Of a DNA stretch of 64,000 bases, positions 43,701 to 53,339 are shown in pieces (the first letter of the stretch is position 1; each line of letters begins with the position of its first letter). The notes below the pieces were generated by a model. The model did no database searches. It was not told the origin of the DNA and saw only the letters and a program-made list of their open reading frames with translations. The stretch covers positions 160,001 through 224,000 of the forward strand of contig CM000435.1 in assembly GCA_000165345.1 (NCBI GenBank), read 5' to 3'. The translations under genes were made by a program, and so were the position numbers.

Positions 43701-46700
43701 AAGTTACCAGTTCTACAAGATTCAAAGAATAATACATTTTCTGTCTCAAATTTACTTGAGATCTTATATAGTATTTTATCTTATGCAATTATTCCAGCTT
43801 TCTTAGATCAAAAATCTATATCTATAAAAATGGCATCTTTTAGGCTTTGTAAAGCAATACAAGATAAATTAAATCCAATTAATATCGAAAAAGTATTTGG
43901 GAATTCAAATTTGAAGTTTTCTGATATTTTATTAAGCTATAATAATTCTAATGATACCGGTACCGATTTTAATTATACAAATAATCATTTAAGATCATGT
44001 TATTTAAATAAATTTGGTCCAAAAATTCATCAAGTTTTAGAGGTTATTGATTCATTACTAAATCATCAATCTGAAGTTATTGTTGAAAATAATTTTCAAA
44101 ATCTTTTTGAAATTATTTTTAAAGATAATAATAAATCTATTAATATACCCGGTACCTTATTAATGTTAAATTTGGTAATGACCTTTGAAATGGCTTTTAC
44201 TAGTAAATTTATTCAAAAAATTGATTTAAATTATACACTTTTATCAGATTATGTGAGAAAGAACTTTATTTTTGGCAGTATTGATTCAAATTATCATGAG
44301 ATCTTGATAAATATTTCTAAAAGTTTCTTAATTAAAAATGAATATATCGATCATCATATTATTATTGGATTATCATTCTTAAAACAAGGGATCGATAATT
44401 TGGTTGATTATATTGATAAACAAGAACAAATTGATACAATAAAAGAACTAATACTCGAATATTTGAATGTTATTCAGAGATTTGAAAAAGAATTCCAATA
44501 TTTTGTTTTGATCAAAGAAAGTAATTTGGCTAAACAAGTTTTCTGTGAAATATTATTAACATTTTTAAATGAGAAGATTACCCAATATCTGAAAAGTGAT
44601 CATGAATTTGCTTCTTTTGTCGTTGGAATAATTTCTCAAATTATACAATATTCTCCAGAAAGCATTAAAAAAGTATCTTTATCTCAATATATTCAAAGTA
44701 AATCATTGGAAAGATTGGATCTTTTGATTTGTAGTTTATTGGAATATTGTTTAAAAGATGAACATTCTAAAAGATCAAATTCTAATTTCAAATTAAATAA
44801 TGATTCAGATACCGTATTTAATGAGCAAATAATCTTGGAATGGATTTATTGTGATTTGAATCTAGTTAATATTGAAATCTTGAATGATCAAAAAGAAGTT
44901 GAATATACATTTAATAAAGATCTTATTTGTCAAACTTTAAGATATTTAGAAATTAATAGAAATAGATTAAAAAGAAATCATCATGAAGAAATGGATCTTG
45001 ATATTCTATTTAAGACTGAGATTTACTTGATTAGAATATTAGATTTTGGAATTAAACTGAGATATACTCAATTTAAAGATTTAGAACCAATTTTGAATTA
45101 CTTTGAAATTACTGAAGAAACTAATAATAGAGTTGAAATCTCCAAGTTTATTTTAAATCCTATGATCATATCTTCAATTACAAGTCTTTTTTCAAGTATT
45201 AAAATAAAATCAAAGAATAAAGACTCAATGGATCACTCAAAATCATACTTTAAAATTTGTAAGATCTTATTTTCTATTTATATGAATTTGGCAAAAAATA
45301 CACATGGTGGTATCGATCAAAAGAATTATACAATAAAATCAACATTTTATTCTTTGAATCTATTTGTTAACCATAGCTTACAAGATTGTATATATTTTGA
45401 TCATTCTAGTAAAGAAAGAATGAAAGGTATCTTATTCAAGATCTTAATAAGTGAACAAATTAAAGAGATTGTTGAGACAAATAAATTTAATCAAATACAT
45501 GAGATACTTGATTTTATGGAGAAACTTCATAATGATGTTATTTATTGCCAAAACGTACATAGATTTAAAAAGAGTCAAGGAATTTTCATGATCATTAGAT
45601 ATTATCTAAATATGAACCAAGACTCTCAATCTGAAGATCTTGAACAATTAATTAAACATCTTTTGAAGAATCAATTATTTGATACAAGAACAAATGTTTA
45701 TAAGGATTTACTTCTTAATGTTCAAAATGAAATGGAAATTTTAATGAAATTTGAAGATCATGATCATAATAATCATGGATTTGAAACAAGAAAAGTTATT
45801 CTTGAGAATCTTATATTAATGACAAAAACTATCATTTATTTCTTAAATAAAACTTTATTAACTACAGAAATAAAATCAAATGAATCTCAAGATTTACTTG
45901 AATTATTTGATAGCTTAATTTTAATTAAAACTTTAATGAATAAAAAAATCTTAAAAAAACTCGGTACCGTACTAAAAAATAACGAGACAGATCTTGAAAT
46001 GAATGAAAAACTTAAATCCAGAATTGACAAATTAGAAAAAGAGTATTTAATCAATTCAATAGGATTGGATAAAGATTTTCAACATTATGATAATGAGGAA
46101 TATGTTATTAAGACTATTCAAAAAGATATTGATCAATTAATTCAAAGTATTATTGAAGATGATAGTATGAAGAAATATCTTATTGTTCATTGGGATTTAT
46201 CTAAAGATTCAGGTTTTGAAGTTTTAAAGAATTTAAGAAAAAGATTCTATTCTTTATTAATAAGTAATAAAATTGATTCTTTGGGTATTATTTTAAAAGA
46301 ATCTTTAGATAAGAAGCTTAAAATTTCTATAGATTTTAGATCTTCTTCAATTAATAATCATGATCAAGTAAAACAAGAATCTAATGTATTTAATACAATA
46401 CAATATCTTTTAGATATTATGATTTCTAGTAAAGAATTTAAAAATTCATTCAAATATAGATCAAAAACCCAAAAAGATCTTCATGTATTAGATGAGAGTA
46501 TGGATACTGGTACTGAATCAGAAAGTGAAGAAAATGAAAAAGAAGATTTGAGATCAAAGTTGAAGTTATGGATCAAAAATTGGTATATTATAGATTTAAT
46601 TCTCAAAGTTGTTAAAACACAAGGAGAAGAAAGACAAAAAGATCAATTTAATAAATTAATCTTTTCAAAAATTATGAGTTTCTATAATAGTCAAGAAAAT

Positions 46701-49061
46701 ATGCATGATGGATATGGAATAGTTTTCAAGATCCCATTAATACAGAATTTCTTATTAGAGAAGATTTCAAAATTAGAAAAGACTGATACTATAACTATCT
46801 TAAATGAAATACAAATTATTCTTGAAGATACAATACGTACAATCAAACTTTTAAATAGTAATTCAAATATTTTTGAATATATTCATATTCTAGAGGATAG
46901 AAAAGTCAAATCTATATTAATTTCTATGATAACTTCAAGTTACAAAGATTTAGATAATGATGAAAATGATGAATTTAAAACAAGAAAAGCTTTATTACTA
47001 CCTTATTTAGCTTTGTTAAATACATTACTAAGTTCAAATATTGGTTCAGTAATGATGAATGCAGAAACAAGAAAGGAGATCTTAATAAATGTATTATTAC
47101 ATGATAGTATGGTACCGTATTATGATCTTAATATATTAACAAATCTATTAAAGAGTGAAAGAACGAGAAAATCTAAATTTAATACAAGAAAAGAGAAATA
47201 TAAACAAGATAAATCTTTAGAAAATCATATTGAAGATTTAACAATGTTAGATAAAAATAAAAGTAATAGTAATCACAAATTGAATTTTTATTTGGAAGAA
47301 TTGGACAAAAATATTAACTCTTCATCTGGAATATTAATAGAAGGAGGTACTTTGGAGAATTATTTAGTAAGAATTCTCTTAATTTATTGTAATTTAACAA
47401 GTTCACCAACATCTCATTCTTATAATGAGGACTTTATTGGAGGATATAGTCAAGTACTTAAAGAGATTTCTTCAGAATTATTTTCAAAATTAAATTTAGA
47501 AGAAGGTACCGGTATTAAAAAGATATTAAAAGATCATGGAATAAATATATATTATTCAAAATTGACCAATTTAGTTTTAATTGTTTCATTTTCATTAAAT
47601 TTCATGGATGCTGGTAAATTGATTACAGAAAAGTCATTTATTGAAAGATTTTCTCAATTTTATCTTTTATTGGTGAATTTATTAATAATAAACTTCTCAA
47701 AATTACATTCAATTAAGGAGACAGAATTGAAAATGTTAGAAGAAGATTCTACAGATTCTAAGATTGGAAATAGTTTAGAAAAGTTATCAGGTAGAAAAAG
47801 AACAGAGGAGGAGAAAGATGATAATTATAATAGGAGAAATAATATGAAAAGTAATAATAATAATAGAGGAAAAGAGGAATCTTTGAATGGTTTTATTTCA
47901 AATATATTTGGAGTAGATGTATTATTATCCCATGGTTGTGTGAATCCAAAATGGTTTGATTTAGATATTAAAGATCTTAAGAAATTATCAAACTTAAAAT
48001 CGAATAATACATTTACAAATTTGAAGATCTGGAAATTAGAATCAAGTATTTCAACTTTAATATCAGTATTTGTATTAAAACTGAATGCAAAAAGATTAAG
48101 AGAATTTATATTATTAATAAAAAGATTGATTCATAGAAATGGTGAGAGTTTTCTTTCAAAAGTAAGTTCAATGACAAAGAAATCTGATGATTCAAAGACT
48201 GCAAGTAATTCTGATAAGAAGGCAATAAAAGATCTATATGAAGAGATTTCTTCTTCAGAAAGTTCAACATTAATTAAAGATATTTATTCTTGCAGAATTT
48301 GGATTTTAATTTTATTAGCAGTATTTGAATCAACAGGTGAATATGGTATATATTGTCTTATAGATGACGTGGCATTGGATGTGAAATCAATTTGTGATTT
48401 AACTCAAATGAATGCTTTAACATGCGTTCAGAATATTACAATATCTCAATATAGAAATATTCATAGTCCAAGTAAAAGATCACCAAATCATCAACAGATT
48501 GCTAATTTGAGTCATTTAGATAATGAGCTTGGTTGGTACTGGTACCATTTAGGTATATATAATTTAATATTAATAAAGATAATTTATTTAAATTTATCAG
48601 TACAAAATGAAGAATCAAAAGATGTACCAAATTCAATAGAAGATTATTTAGTAAATCCAATAGTTACAAATTTGGATATGTTTGCTTTATTTGAGCCAGG
48701 CTCAACTAAAAATTTAACAGGCTGTGGAAAACAATGGGATCTTATTTTGAGTGATATTTGGATTCATTCAATAAGATGTTTTAGAAGTAATGATTTAATA
48801 TTGGCTGGAATTATTAGATTATTGGTGAATAAAATAAGAAATGGTAATGATCAGGTTAGAATGTTCTCAGCAGAAGTTTTACTTAAGCTTTGGAAGGATG
48901 AAATATGTTCGATTACAATTTTGTCTCATTTATCAGATATTCTTCCTACAATTAAGGAACTTCTAAGTGACCATTCTGAGGAGATGATTAATATTACTAA
49001 ATCAATAGTCAAAAAGATTGAAGAAAGAACAGGAGAAGATATTTCCAAACAACTTTGCTAG
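40731..49061 (+). CDS. UTP10: U3 snoRNP / SSU processome protein UTP10 (HEATR1), 2776 aa
   Basis: N-terminal LERLIDFLVPYFLLESAKICIEYLIQAYDINVLLGEYLFYSFLPYHDMAEFCQLIRTL matches the HEATR1 N-terminal signature (…LSPYFLLKPAQKCLEWLIHRF…LPYHETRIFVRVIQLL). The C-terminal HEAT repeat …RMFSAEVLLKLW…ILPTIKELLSDHSEEMINITKSIVKKIEERTGEDISKQL matches the HEATR1 C-terminus (…ESIPFLAELMEDECEEVEHQCQKTIQQLETVLGEPLQSYF). Confidence 0.75.
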   Translation: MSTELQKQINFQLRNNELTFLSQRALKVNRNKKERISFLFDTSNTEFHSRKGLKPDNRIPIYEDLGRLRYLAEQGLMELESLNPRISHESFNEFFENTDVPSIQMLTKQEAGEMLRKLERLIDFLVPYFLLESAKICIEYLIQAYDINVLLGEYLFYSFLPYHDMAEFCQLIRTLDIPENSEIKGLVDSIKTTRTVITSRSYLSSILIRNPALFKNIVIFWEKRLETFQLTKNIPLTNLITWLVIEIIEDLSRSKDLKNLHIFLESIIEIIIFGTCLKGSQYEELRSTGYCILYKLSTPLLSLSNETQVRIIDELFKSISRNQTYSPNYLSETILLMNHILTQFGTLTHYEYLDHEISEFIIENQAIFISAFKQLSEWESDFLQILALITKSIINFGVNQDQSFSRPCLNFFESILNCLGNSSSLLLMDERQSKMIKVIILSLIDVYSQDQIQNPFFGNIIKILHTNYPSELLSALSFSLNVSSSPQSQLFELKEKAQMFVDIVLKEEEEAKSDSGILQSKEGESSRMFLTLLNSQDKSVLNSCLDMIINLIKKSSKNPSEITQFEKRVFELSLRHFLGSFNDESGKQNNFGEEYALKILSLPQTIEISKFLDLEDIPSQDQGHRDLQKQWRVNLIFKSFLFYFKSKITSGYSTLIKYFSKEISSELNLKDHQNGNFNIEAMIMESTFSHIFGQNFETNLMDLFKSFSIILENDTFELKNQMNNLDVILMENSDIFIPLFTLISHENLSFSQDLKKSSTRLLALMYKNDQINTYFKQILFKSSVNCLEISLILLSLKKLNLDLRSSYLLPNHSFSKFGIYLNNDQEIISLLETLYYKFYYYISSAIRPLKNDKKISNQLVGIYILIIFRSTLQIVSSRRDHFILYYKLLNISLVDTLDIGILSTNHLGLPLFQMINSCFDSNNEKKNKKISILVINLTRNLFNILSQSGSASFNLDYLNNDQSYSIFYGKNVYLDTLISHSYSFLEIITSKLPVLQDSKNNTFSVSNLLEILYSILSYAIIPAFLDQKSISIKMASFRLCKAIQDKLNPINIEKVFGNSNLKFSDILLSYNNSNDTGTDFNYTNNHLRSCYLNKFGPKIHQVLEVIDSLLNHQSEVIVENNFQNLFEIIFKDNNKSINIPGTLLMLNLVMTFEMAFTSKFIQKIDLNYTLLSDYVRKNFIFGSIDSNYHEILINISKSFLIKNEYIDHHIIIGLSFLKQGIDNLVDYIDKQEQIDTIKELILEYLNVIQRFEKEFQYFVLIKESNLAKQVFCEILLTFLNEKITQYLKSDHEFASFVVGIISQIIQYSPESIKKVSLSQYIQSKSLERLDLLICSLLEYCLKDEHSKRSNSNFKLNNDSDTVFNEQIILEWIYCDLNLVNIEILNDQKEVEYTFNKDLICQTLRYLEINRNRLKRNHHEEMDLDILFKTEIYLIRILDFGIKLRYTQFKDLEPILNYFEITEETNNRVEISKFILNPMIISSITSLFSSIKIKSKNKDSMDHSKSYFKICKILFSIYMNLAKNTHGGIDQKNYTIKSTFYSLNLFVNHSLQDCIYFDHSSKERMKGILFKILISEQIKEIVETNKFNQIHEILDFMEKLHNDVIYCQNVHRFKKSQGIFMIIRYYLNMNQDSQSEDLEQLIKHLLKNQLFDTRTNVYKDLLLNVQNEMEILMKFEDHDHNNHGFETRKVILENLILMTKTIIYFLNKTLLTTEIKSNESQDLLELFDSLILIKTLMNKKILKKLGTVLKNNETDLEMNEKLKSRIDKLEKEYLINSIGLDKDFQHYDNEEYVIKTIQKDIDQLIQSIIEDDSMKKYLIVHWDLSKDSGFEVLKNLRKRFYSLLISNKIDSLGIILKESLDKKLKISIDFRSSSINNHDQVKQESNVFNTIQYLLDIMISSKEFKNSFKYRSKTQKDLHVLDESMDTGTESESEENEKEDLRSKLKLWIKNWYIIDLILKVVKTQGEERQKDQFNKLIFSKIMSFYNSQENMHDGYGIVFKIPLIQNFLLEKISKLEKTDTITILNEIQIILEDTIRTIKLLNSNSNIFEYIHILEDRKVKSILISMITSSYKDLDNDENDEFKTRKALLLPYLALLNTLLSSNIGSVMMNAETRKEILINVLLHDSMVPYYDLNILTNLLKSERTRKSKFNTRKEKYKQDKSLENHIEDLTMLDKNKSNSNHKLNFYLEELDKNINSSSGILIEGGTLENYLVRILLIYCNLTSSPTSHSYNEDFIGGYSQVLKEISSELFSKLNLEEGTGIKKILKDHGINIYYSKLTNLVLIVSFSLNFMDAGKLITEKSFIERFSQFYLLLVNLLIINFSKLHSIKETELKMLEEDSTDSKIGNSLEKLSGRKRTEEEKDDNYNRRNNMKSNNNNRGKEESLNGFISNIFGVDVLLSHGCVNPKWFDLDIKDLKKLSNLKSNNTFTNLKIWKLESSISTLISVFVLKLNAKRLREFILLIKRLIHRNGESFLSKVSSMTKKSDDSKTASNSDKKAIKDLYEEISSSESSTLIKDIYSCRIWILILLAVFESTGEYGIYCLIDDVALDVKSICDLTQMNALTCVQNITISQYRNIHSPSKRSPNHQQIANLSHLDNELGWYWYHLGIYNLILIKIIYLNLSVQNEESKDVPNSIEDYLVNPIVTNLDMFALFEPGSTKNLTGCGKQWDLILSDIWIHSIRCFRSNDLILAGIIRLLVNKIRNGNDQVRMFSAEVLLKLWKDEICSITILSHLSDILPTIKELLSDHSEEMINITKSIVKKIEERTGEDISKQLC

Positions 49062-49106
49062 TAAATTATTAATAGAGAAAAAAAAGAGGTACCTAAATGA
49101 GCCTTC

Positions 49107-49155
49107 ATGCATGCATGCGTATGAATATGCATGCATGCATACCGTGACACGTAAT
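49107..49155. promoter_or_regulatory. Dense GCATGC cluster (CATGCATGCATGCGTATGAATATGCATGCATGCAT) plus GTGACACGTAAT, located in a convergent 3' spacer
   Basis: Five overlapping GCATGC boxes within 34 bp. The reverse complement of the following 10-mer is TTACGTGTCA, identical to 30496-30505. Both flanking genes end here. Confidence 0.4.
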
Positions 49156-49416
49156 TGTATATAAACATAAAATTTAGATTTTCTATCCATTATTTCCGTG
49201 TTTATTATTTATTTGTTGATTTGATTTGATTTTTTGTTCTCTTACTAATTAATTAAAGTAAAAGTTTTGATGATTAGGGCGAAATGAGTGTAATTATAAT
49301 TCGTTCATAATGGCGGAATGATGGAAAGAGCAGTAAAGATATATTGTGGTTGGATGATGCGGTAAATATAATTTAGATGATAAAGAATAGAATAAGTTAA
49401 TTCAAATATTACAAAA

Positions 49417-50211
49417 TTAATTTGCCCTTTCCACTGCTTTAATAACTTCCTTTGCATTTTCCGACCATTTTCTGAATGTTTCAATAGCATCAGTAATAAA
49501 GCTATTAGAAGTCTCATCAGCATCTTTAAGTTGTTTATCAACTTGGGAAATCTGTGTTTGAAGTTCATGGAACTCTTTTGTAAGTTGATCCAGATTTGTT
49601 CTAAGCTTGGAATTTAATTCTAATAGAAATTTCTCCTCTTCAACAATAATAAGTGATTTAGCTTTTTCAACCACAGGAACCAATCTATCAACCATTAAAC
49701 ACTCTTCCTTATCTTTTTGAGTATGTATTCTAGCAAGATCAGCAGCTGATAGCTTATATACTTCCTGTCCAAGCTCTTCAACTAAAGCTAATCTCTCATC
49801 CACAATATCTAACTTATATTGAATCTTGAATTTTTCTGAATTTATACGAAAAATTTCAATCAATTTGAGTTTGAGCTCGTGTAAAAAGCACTTATATTTG
49901 CTCATAATATCCATATAGACATCATTTGGAAGATCTCCAAATGGCCGAATGATATCTGTCAGTGATGGAATACTTGAAACTACTCCAACCAATTCTTTTT
50001 CCCCCTTCTTGCTATCATTTTCATTCTCTCCAAATCTCCATTTACTTCCCCATTCTGTATCGCTATCCTTATTCCTATTCAATTTACTTTCTCCAGTTAC
50101 CTGGATTGTGTTAGCATCTTTATTTTCATCAATAATAAAACCTTTCGTCTTCCCAATCCATTGATTGAGAATTTGATGATATCTCGAAGCTTTCATTTTT
50201 TCTTGTCTCAC
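49417..50211 (-). CDS. Hypothetical coiled-coil protein, 264 aa
   Basis: Clean ORF. The C-terminal half is heptad-rich (…LKLKLIEIFRINSEKFKIQYKLDIVDERLALVEELGQEVYKLSAADLARIH…LQTQISQVDKQLKDAD…). GCATGCATGC and GTGGCGCC at 50545-50566 lie upstream of the start. Confidence 0.45.
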   Translation of the reverse strand: MRQEKMKASRYHQILNQWIGKTKGFIIDENKDANTIQVTGESKLNRNKDSDTEWGSKWRFGENENDSKKGEKELVGVVSSIPSLTDIIRPFGDLPNDVYMDIMSKYKCFLHELKLKLIEIFRINSEKFKIQYKLDIVDERLALVEELGQEVYKLSAADLARIHTQKDKEECLMVDRLVPVVEKAKSLIIVEEEKFLLELNSKLRTNLDQLTKEFHELQTQISQVDKQLKDADETSNSFITDAIETFRKWSENAKEVIKAVERAN

Positions 50212-50639
50212 ATTAATCTTTAATTTATTCTAAAATAATTAAATCTCATGAGAAAGAAATCTTTACCAATATAATATTACTAAACCCCACCCCAACAGCT
50301 TCCGCTTCCTCTTTTCTTAAGCCCTTTGTACCGAATCTCACTTATGAAAGAACACAGTAAAAAAAAATGCAACTTTTTTTCAATAGCAAAAATCTTTGCC
50401 AAGTTCACCGTCCTTTATCCGCTCTATTCTCCAATTCCTCCACCCTTAAATTCAAAAAAAAAAAAAATCAACAATGCTTTCTAAAAAATTATACTTATGG
50501 GGGCTCAAGAAAAGCCCGCCCTAAAACATACCGGCTCCCCACATTGCATGCATGCTTGTGGCGCCTGTTTGCTTGCAATGACTAACTATAAAAGCGTAAA
50601 ACGGTTTTAAGGTTTAAAAAAGGAGAATCAGAGTTCTCA

Positions 50640-52400
50640 CTATTTTTTAGGTTTCTGTTTCTGTTTTTGGCGGTGATTGCTCTGTCTGGAAGATGCTACA
50701 GCTGCAGCAGATGCCTCAAGTGTTGGGAGCCCAGGAATAACATACTCATTCTTGGGCTTTTGTTGTACATTAACAACAGTTGGGACATTATTGGAATCTC
50801 TAGCAGCTCTCATCCTCTCAGCGAATCCACTACTTGCCCATTTTGGTCTGTAGATTTGTTTTTCTGGCTGAGGTTTTGAGTTAAATTCCCTTCCAGGAGA
50901 AACTGATCTATATTTCACTGAGCGTCTATAATCAGCAGTCTTTGGAGACCAATAAGCTGAGTAAAGTGTGTCGAAGTTGACTCTTTTAAGCAAATCACCA
51001 TTATATCTAAAGATCCGAATCGCATTATCTACTCTAAGTCTGGGAGAGGTAGTAGAAGCCAGTAGAAACCTTCCACAAACTGACCATTCAAGAGTAATAC
51101 AACAAGAAGCATTAGTTTGGCCAATAAGCTTCTGTTTATCAAGATCCCAAATATCTAGATCTCCTGCAAGGTTTCCAAACCCTCCATATGCAAACCATTT
51201 TCCTGAAGGGTTCCATCTAATTGTATTTCTTCTGGATTTCCCAAAGCTAACTTTAGGAGAGCCATCAATCCCACTATTCAAAGTCAGCTCTGGAGGAATA
51301 ATTCCCTTACATAAGAGAAATTCATTGGATTTTGGAGACCAAGCAACATCATTCACAGGACCTTCTTCTGGTGGAACAACCACTTGATGTCTTAGACTCA
51401 GCTTCTCTGAGGGTTTAAAACCATCGCTTCCATTTTTATTTCCATTTTCAAGATCATTATTTCCTCCTTTATTTCCTTTCCAAGCACTATTTGCCACAAC
51501 AGTCTTAGAGTTTTGAATTCGAAGTAGATGCAGACTTGAAGATCCAAAATAAGATTTTCCCAAAGTTTCACCTTCAATTTGAGCAAACACTAAAATACTA
51601 TCCCCTGAGTTATTCCAAGAAACTTGACATGTTTGAGCTTCTTTTACACAAACTTGTCCAATTGAGCTAAGCTGGATCTCTTTTTTGCTGTCCATCTCTG
51701 CATGGTATACATATACATCCATATTTTGTGCAGATTGGGGAGTTACTACTGTAAAGTTCAAGCTACTCAATTTAGATCCTTCTTCTCCTAAATCACTTCC
51801 TCCATCAATCTCGTTAGAAACTGAAAGTTGTATACTTTTTGAGAAATTTAAAGTTCCTATAGGATTTTCCAGGCTTTCAGTATCGCTTTTAAATATTGAT
51901 ACACTGGTATCTTGGACTTTAAATACAAAGATCTCATTATTACTCCATCTATATGGAGGCCAAGTACTAAGAACTTTTGCACTGTTTGTTTTAAAAGGAA
52001 AAGAAAACAGTAATTTTACATTTTCCTTCAGTTTGTAAACTTGTAGGTTATTTTCATTCTTTCCTTGTTCAAATACTGTTAAAACCAATAAATAACTTCC
52101 TAATGGTGAATATTGCAACTTTCTAACTGGGAAATCATTCTCTATCTTAAGCTCCTTATTAACTTCACCTTCTCCTTTTGTTATTAAAATCACAGAATTC
52201 TTTGAATCCTTTGGTACAAAACAGTATCCTCTTCCTTGGGGTTCTTGGGCATAAATTTCAACACCTTCCAAAAATGGAATTGGATTGTTAACTGTTAATT
52301 CTTCAGAATTTACGTCATTCTTTGTCATTCCTCTAAGCCTATATACTCCTCCTTTTCCCAAACACACTATCTCGTCGTCATATTCCACCGCTCTAGACAT
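50640..52400 (-). CDS. EIF2A: Eukaryotic translation initiation factor 2A (eIF2A, beta-propeller), 586 aa
   Basis: …PVNDVAWSPKSNEFLLCKGIIPPELTLN…NTIRWNPSGKWFAYGGFGNLAGDLDIWDLDKQKLIGQ…FLLASTTSPRLRVDNAIRIFRYNGDLL parallels the eIF2A block GPIHDVAWSP…FGNLRGQMEVWDVKNYKLI…LTATCAPRLRVNNGYKIWHYTGS. A basic C-terminal tail is present. Confidence 0.7.
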   Translation of the reverse strand: MSRAVEYDDEIVCLGKGGVYRLRGMTKNDVNSEELTVNNPIPFLEGVEIYAQEPQGRGYCFVPKDSKNSVILITKGEGEVNKELKIENDFPVRKLQYSPLGSYLLVLTVFEQGKNENNLQVYKLKENVKLLFSFPFKTNSAKVLSTWPPYRWSNNEIFVFKVQDTSVSIFKSDTESLENPIGTLNFSKSIQLSVSNEIDGGSDLGEEGSKLSSLNFTVVTPQSAQNMDVYVYHAEMDSKKEIQLSSIGQVCVKEAQTCQVSWNNSGDSILVFAQIEGETLGKSYFGSSSLHLLRIQNSKTVVANSAWKGNKGGNNDLENGNKNGSDGFKPSEKLSLRHQVVVPPEEGPVNDVAWSPKSNEFLLCKGIIPPELTLNSGIDGSPKVSFGKSRRNTIRWNPSGKWFAYGGFGNLAGDLDIWDLDKQKLIGQTNASCCITLEWSVCGRFLLASTTSPRLRVDNAIRIFRYNGDLLKRVNFDTLYSAYWSPKTADYRRSVKYRSVSPGREFNSKPQPEKQIYRPKWASSGFAERMRAARDSNNVPTVVNVQQKPKNEYVIPGLPTLEASAAAVASSRQSNHRQKQKQKPKK

Positions 52401-52735
52401 TTTCCAACTCTAATTACAATAAGTTTTCTTTATAATACAACTAGAAACTAATATTATATAATCTTTCTTTAATTAAAACAAAAATTTGTTTCCTCCTTCC
52501 CTTGTAGTCTCCTCCCACTCTCTTTTTATTTCTCTTTCTCTAACCTTCGTGATCTCGTACTTTCCTTTTTCTAGGTAATCCGAGCTCAAGATCCTAAAAT
52601 CTTCCTATTCCGTTCTCCGTAGTTTTCCAGCTTTTCTTCTCTCAGGGAATCCTATTTCTATTCTCCCCAAGTCTTATTTCCCTTTTTTTTCCTATTTTAC
52701 TATTATTTATTAATTTTTTTTCAAAGCTTTAGACG

Positions 52736-52754
52736 TATACCGGCGTCTCCCGCC
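52736..52754. promoter_or_regulatory. TATACCGGCG box fused to E2F-like TCTCCCGCC, about 340 bp upstream of eIF2A and 590 bp upstream of the divergent 53340 gene
   Basis: GC-rich composite in the 940-bp divergent spacer. Confidence 0.4.
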
Positions 52755-53339
52755 TAAATGAAAATAAAGTGGGAATGAGAAATAAGGCAGAGAAAATAAA
52801 TCAAGGTTGAGGATTAAAGAATAGAAAAAAAGTGATTAAAGTAGTAGAGAATAATATAATTGGGAGTAAATAGTAATTTTGTGTATATATTTATATGAAC
52901 ACGTATATACAAATTCATTAGGTGATTGTGATCCAGTATTTGATCTTGTTATTTGTGTCTCAAAATCACTATCTTTGCCTATTTAGCCTTTGAATCAGTA
53001 AATATAAATATTAAATATATATATATAAGGTAACCGGGTACTATGACTTAAGAATTAAAGCAGGCTTTATTTCTCTACTTTGTTACTTTAAAAAAGAAGA
53101 AAATTAGTTATATTACAACTTTTAAAACTAATATTATAAAAATAAATAGATCTGGATCTTAAGTTATTAAGGGTAACTGTAAATTTGGATTAATATATTC
53201 CCATATTTAAATATACTAAAGCTCGATTATTAATTCAATAATTGAAATTTTTTCTTTATCCAGTATTGAATTAAGTTAGTGTGGAGAAACAAATCGAATT
53301 TTTAACATAAAAAGAGGATCAAATTGCTTCTACAATAAA

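Noticed and set aside
43950-47530. Multiple GGTACC (KpnI-like) hexamers inside the UTP10 coding region, considered as a repeated element
   Set aside because: They fall in-frame as Gly-Thr / Gly-Thr-Gly codon pairs at different positions of a non-repetitive protein. Most likely codon-usage coincidence rather than a DNA-level repeat.
49305-49568. 87-aa minus-strand ORF overlapping the 3' end of the 49417..50211 gene in another frame
   Set aside because: Overlapping alternative frame of the same locus. There is no independent support.
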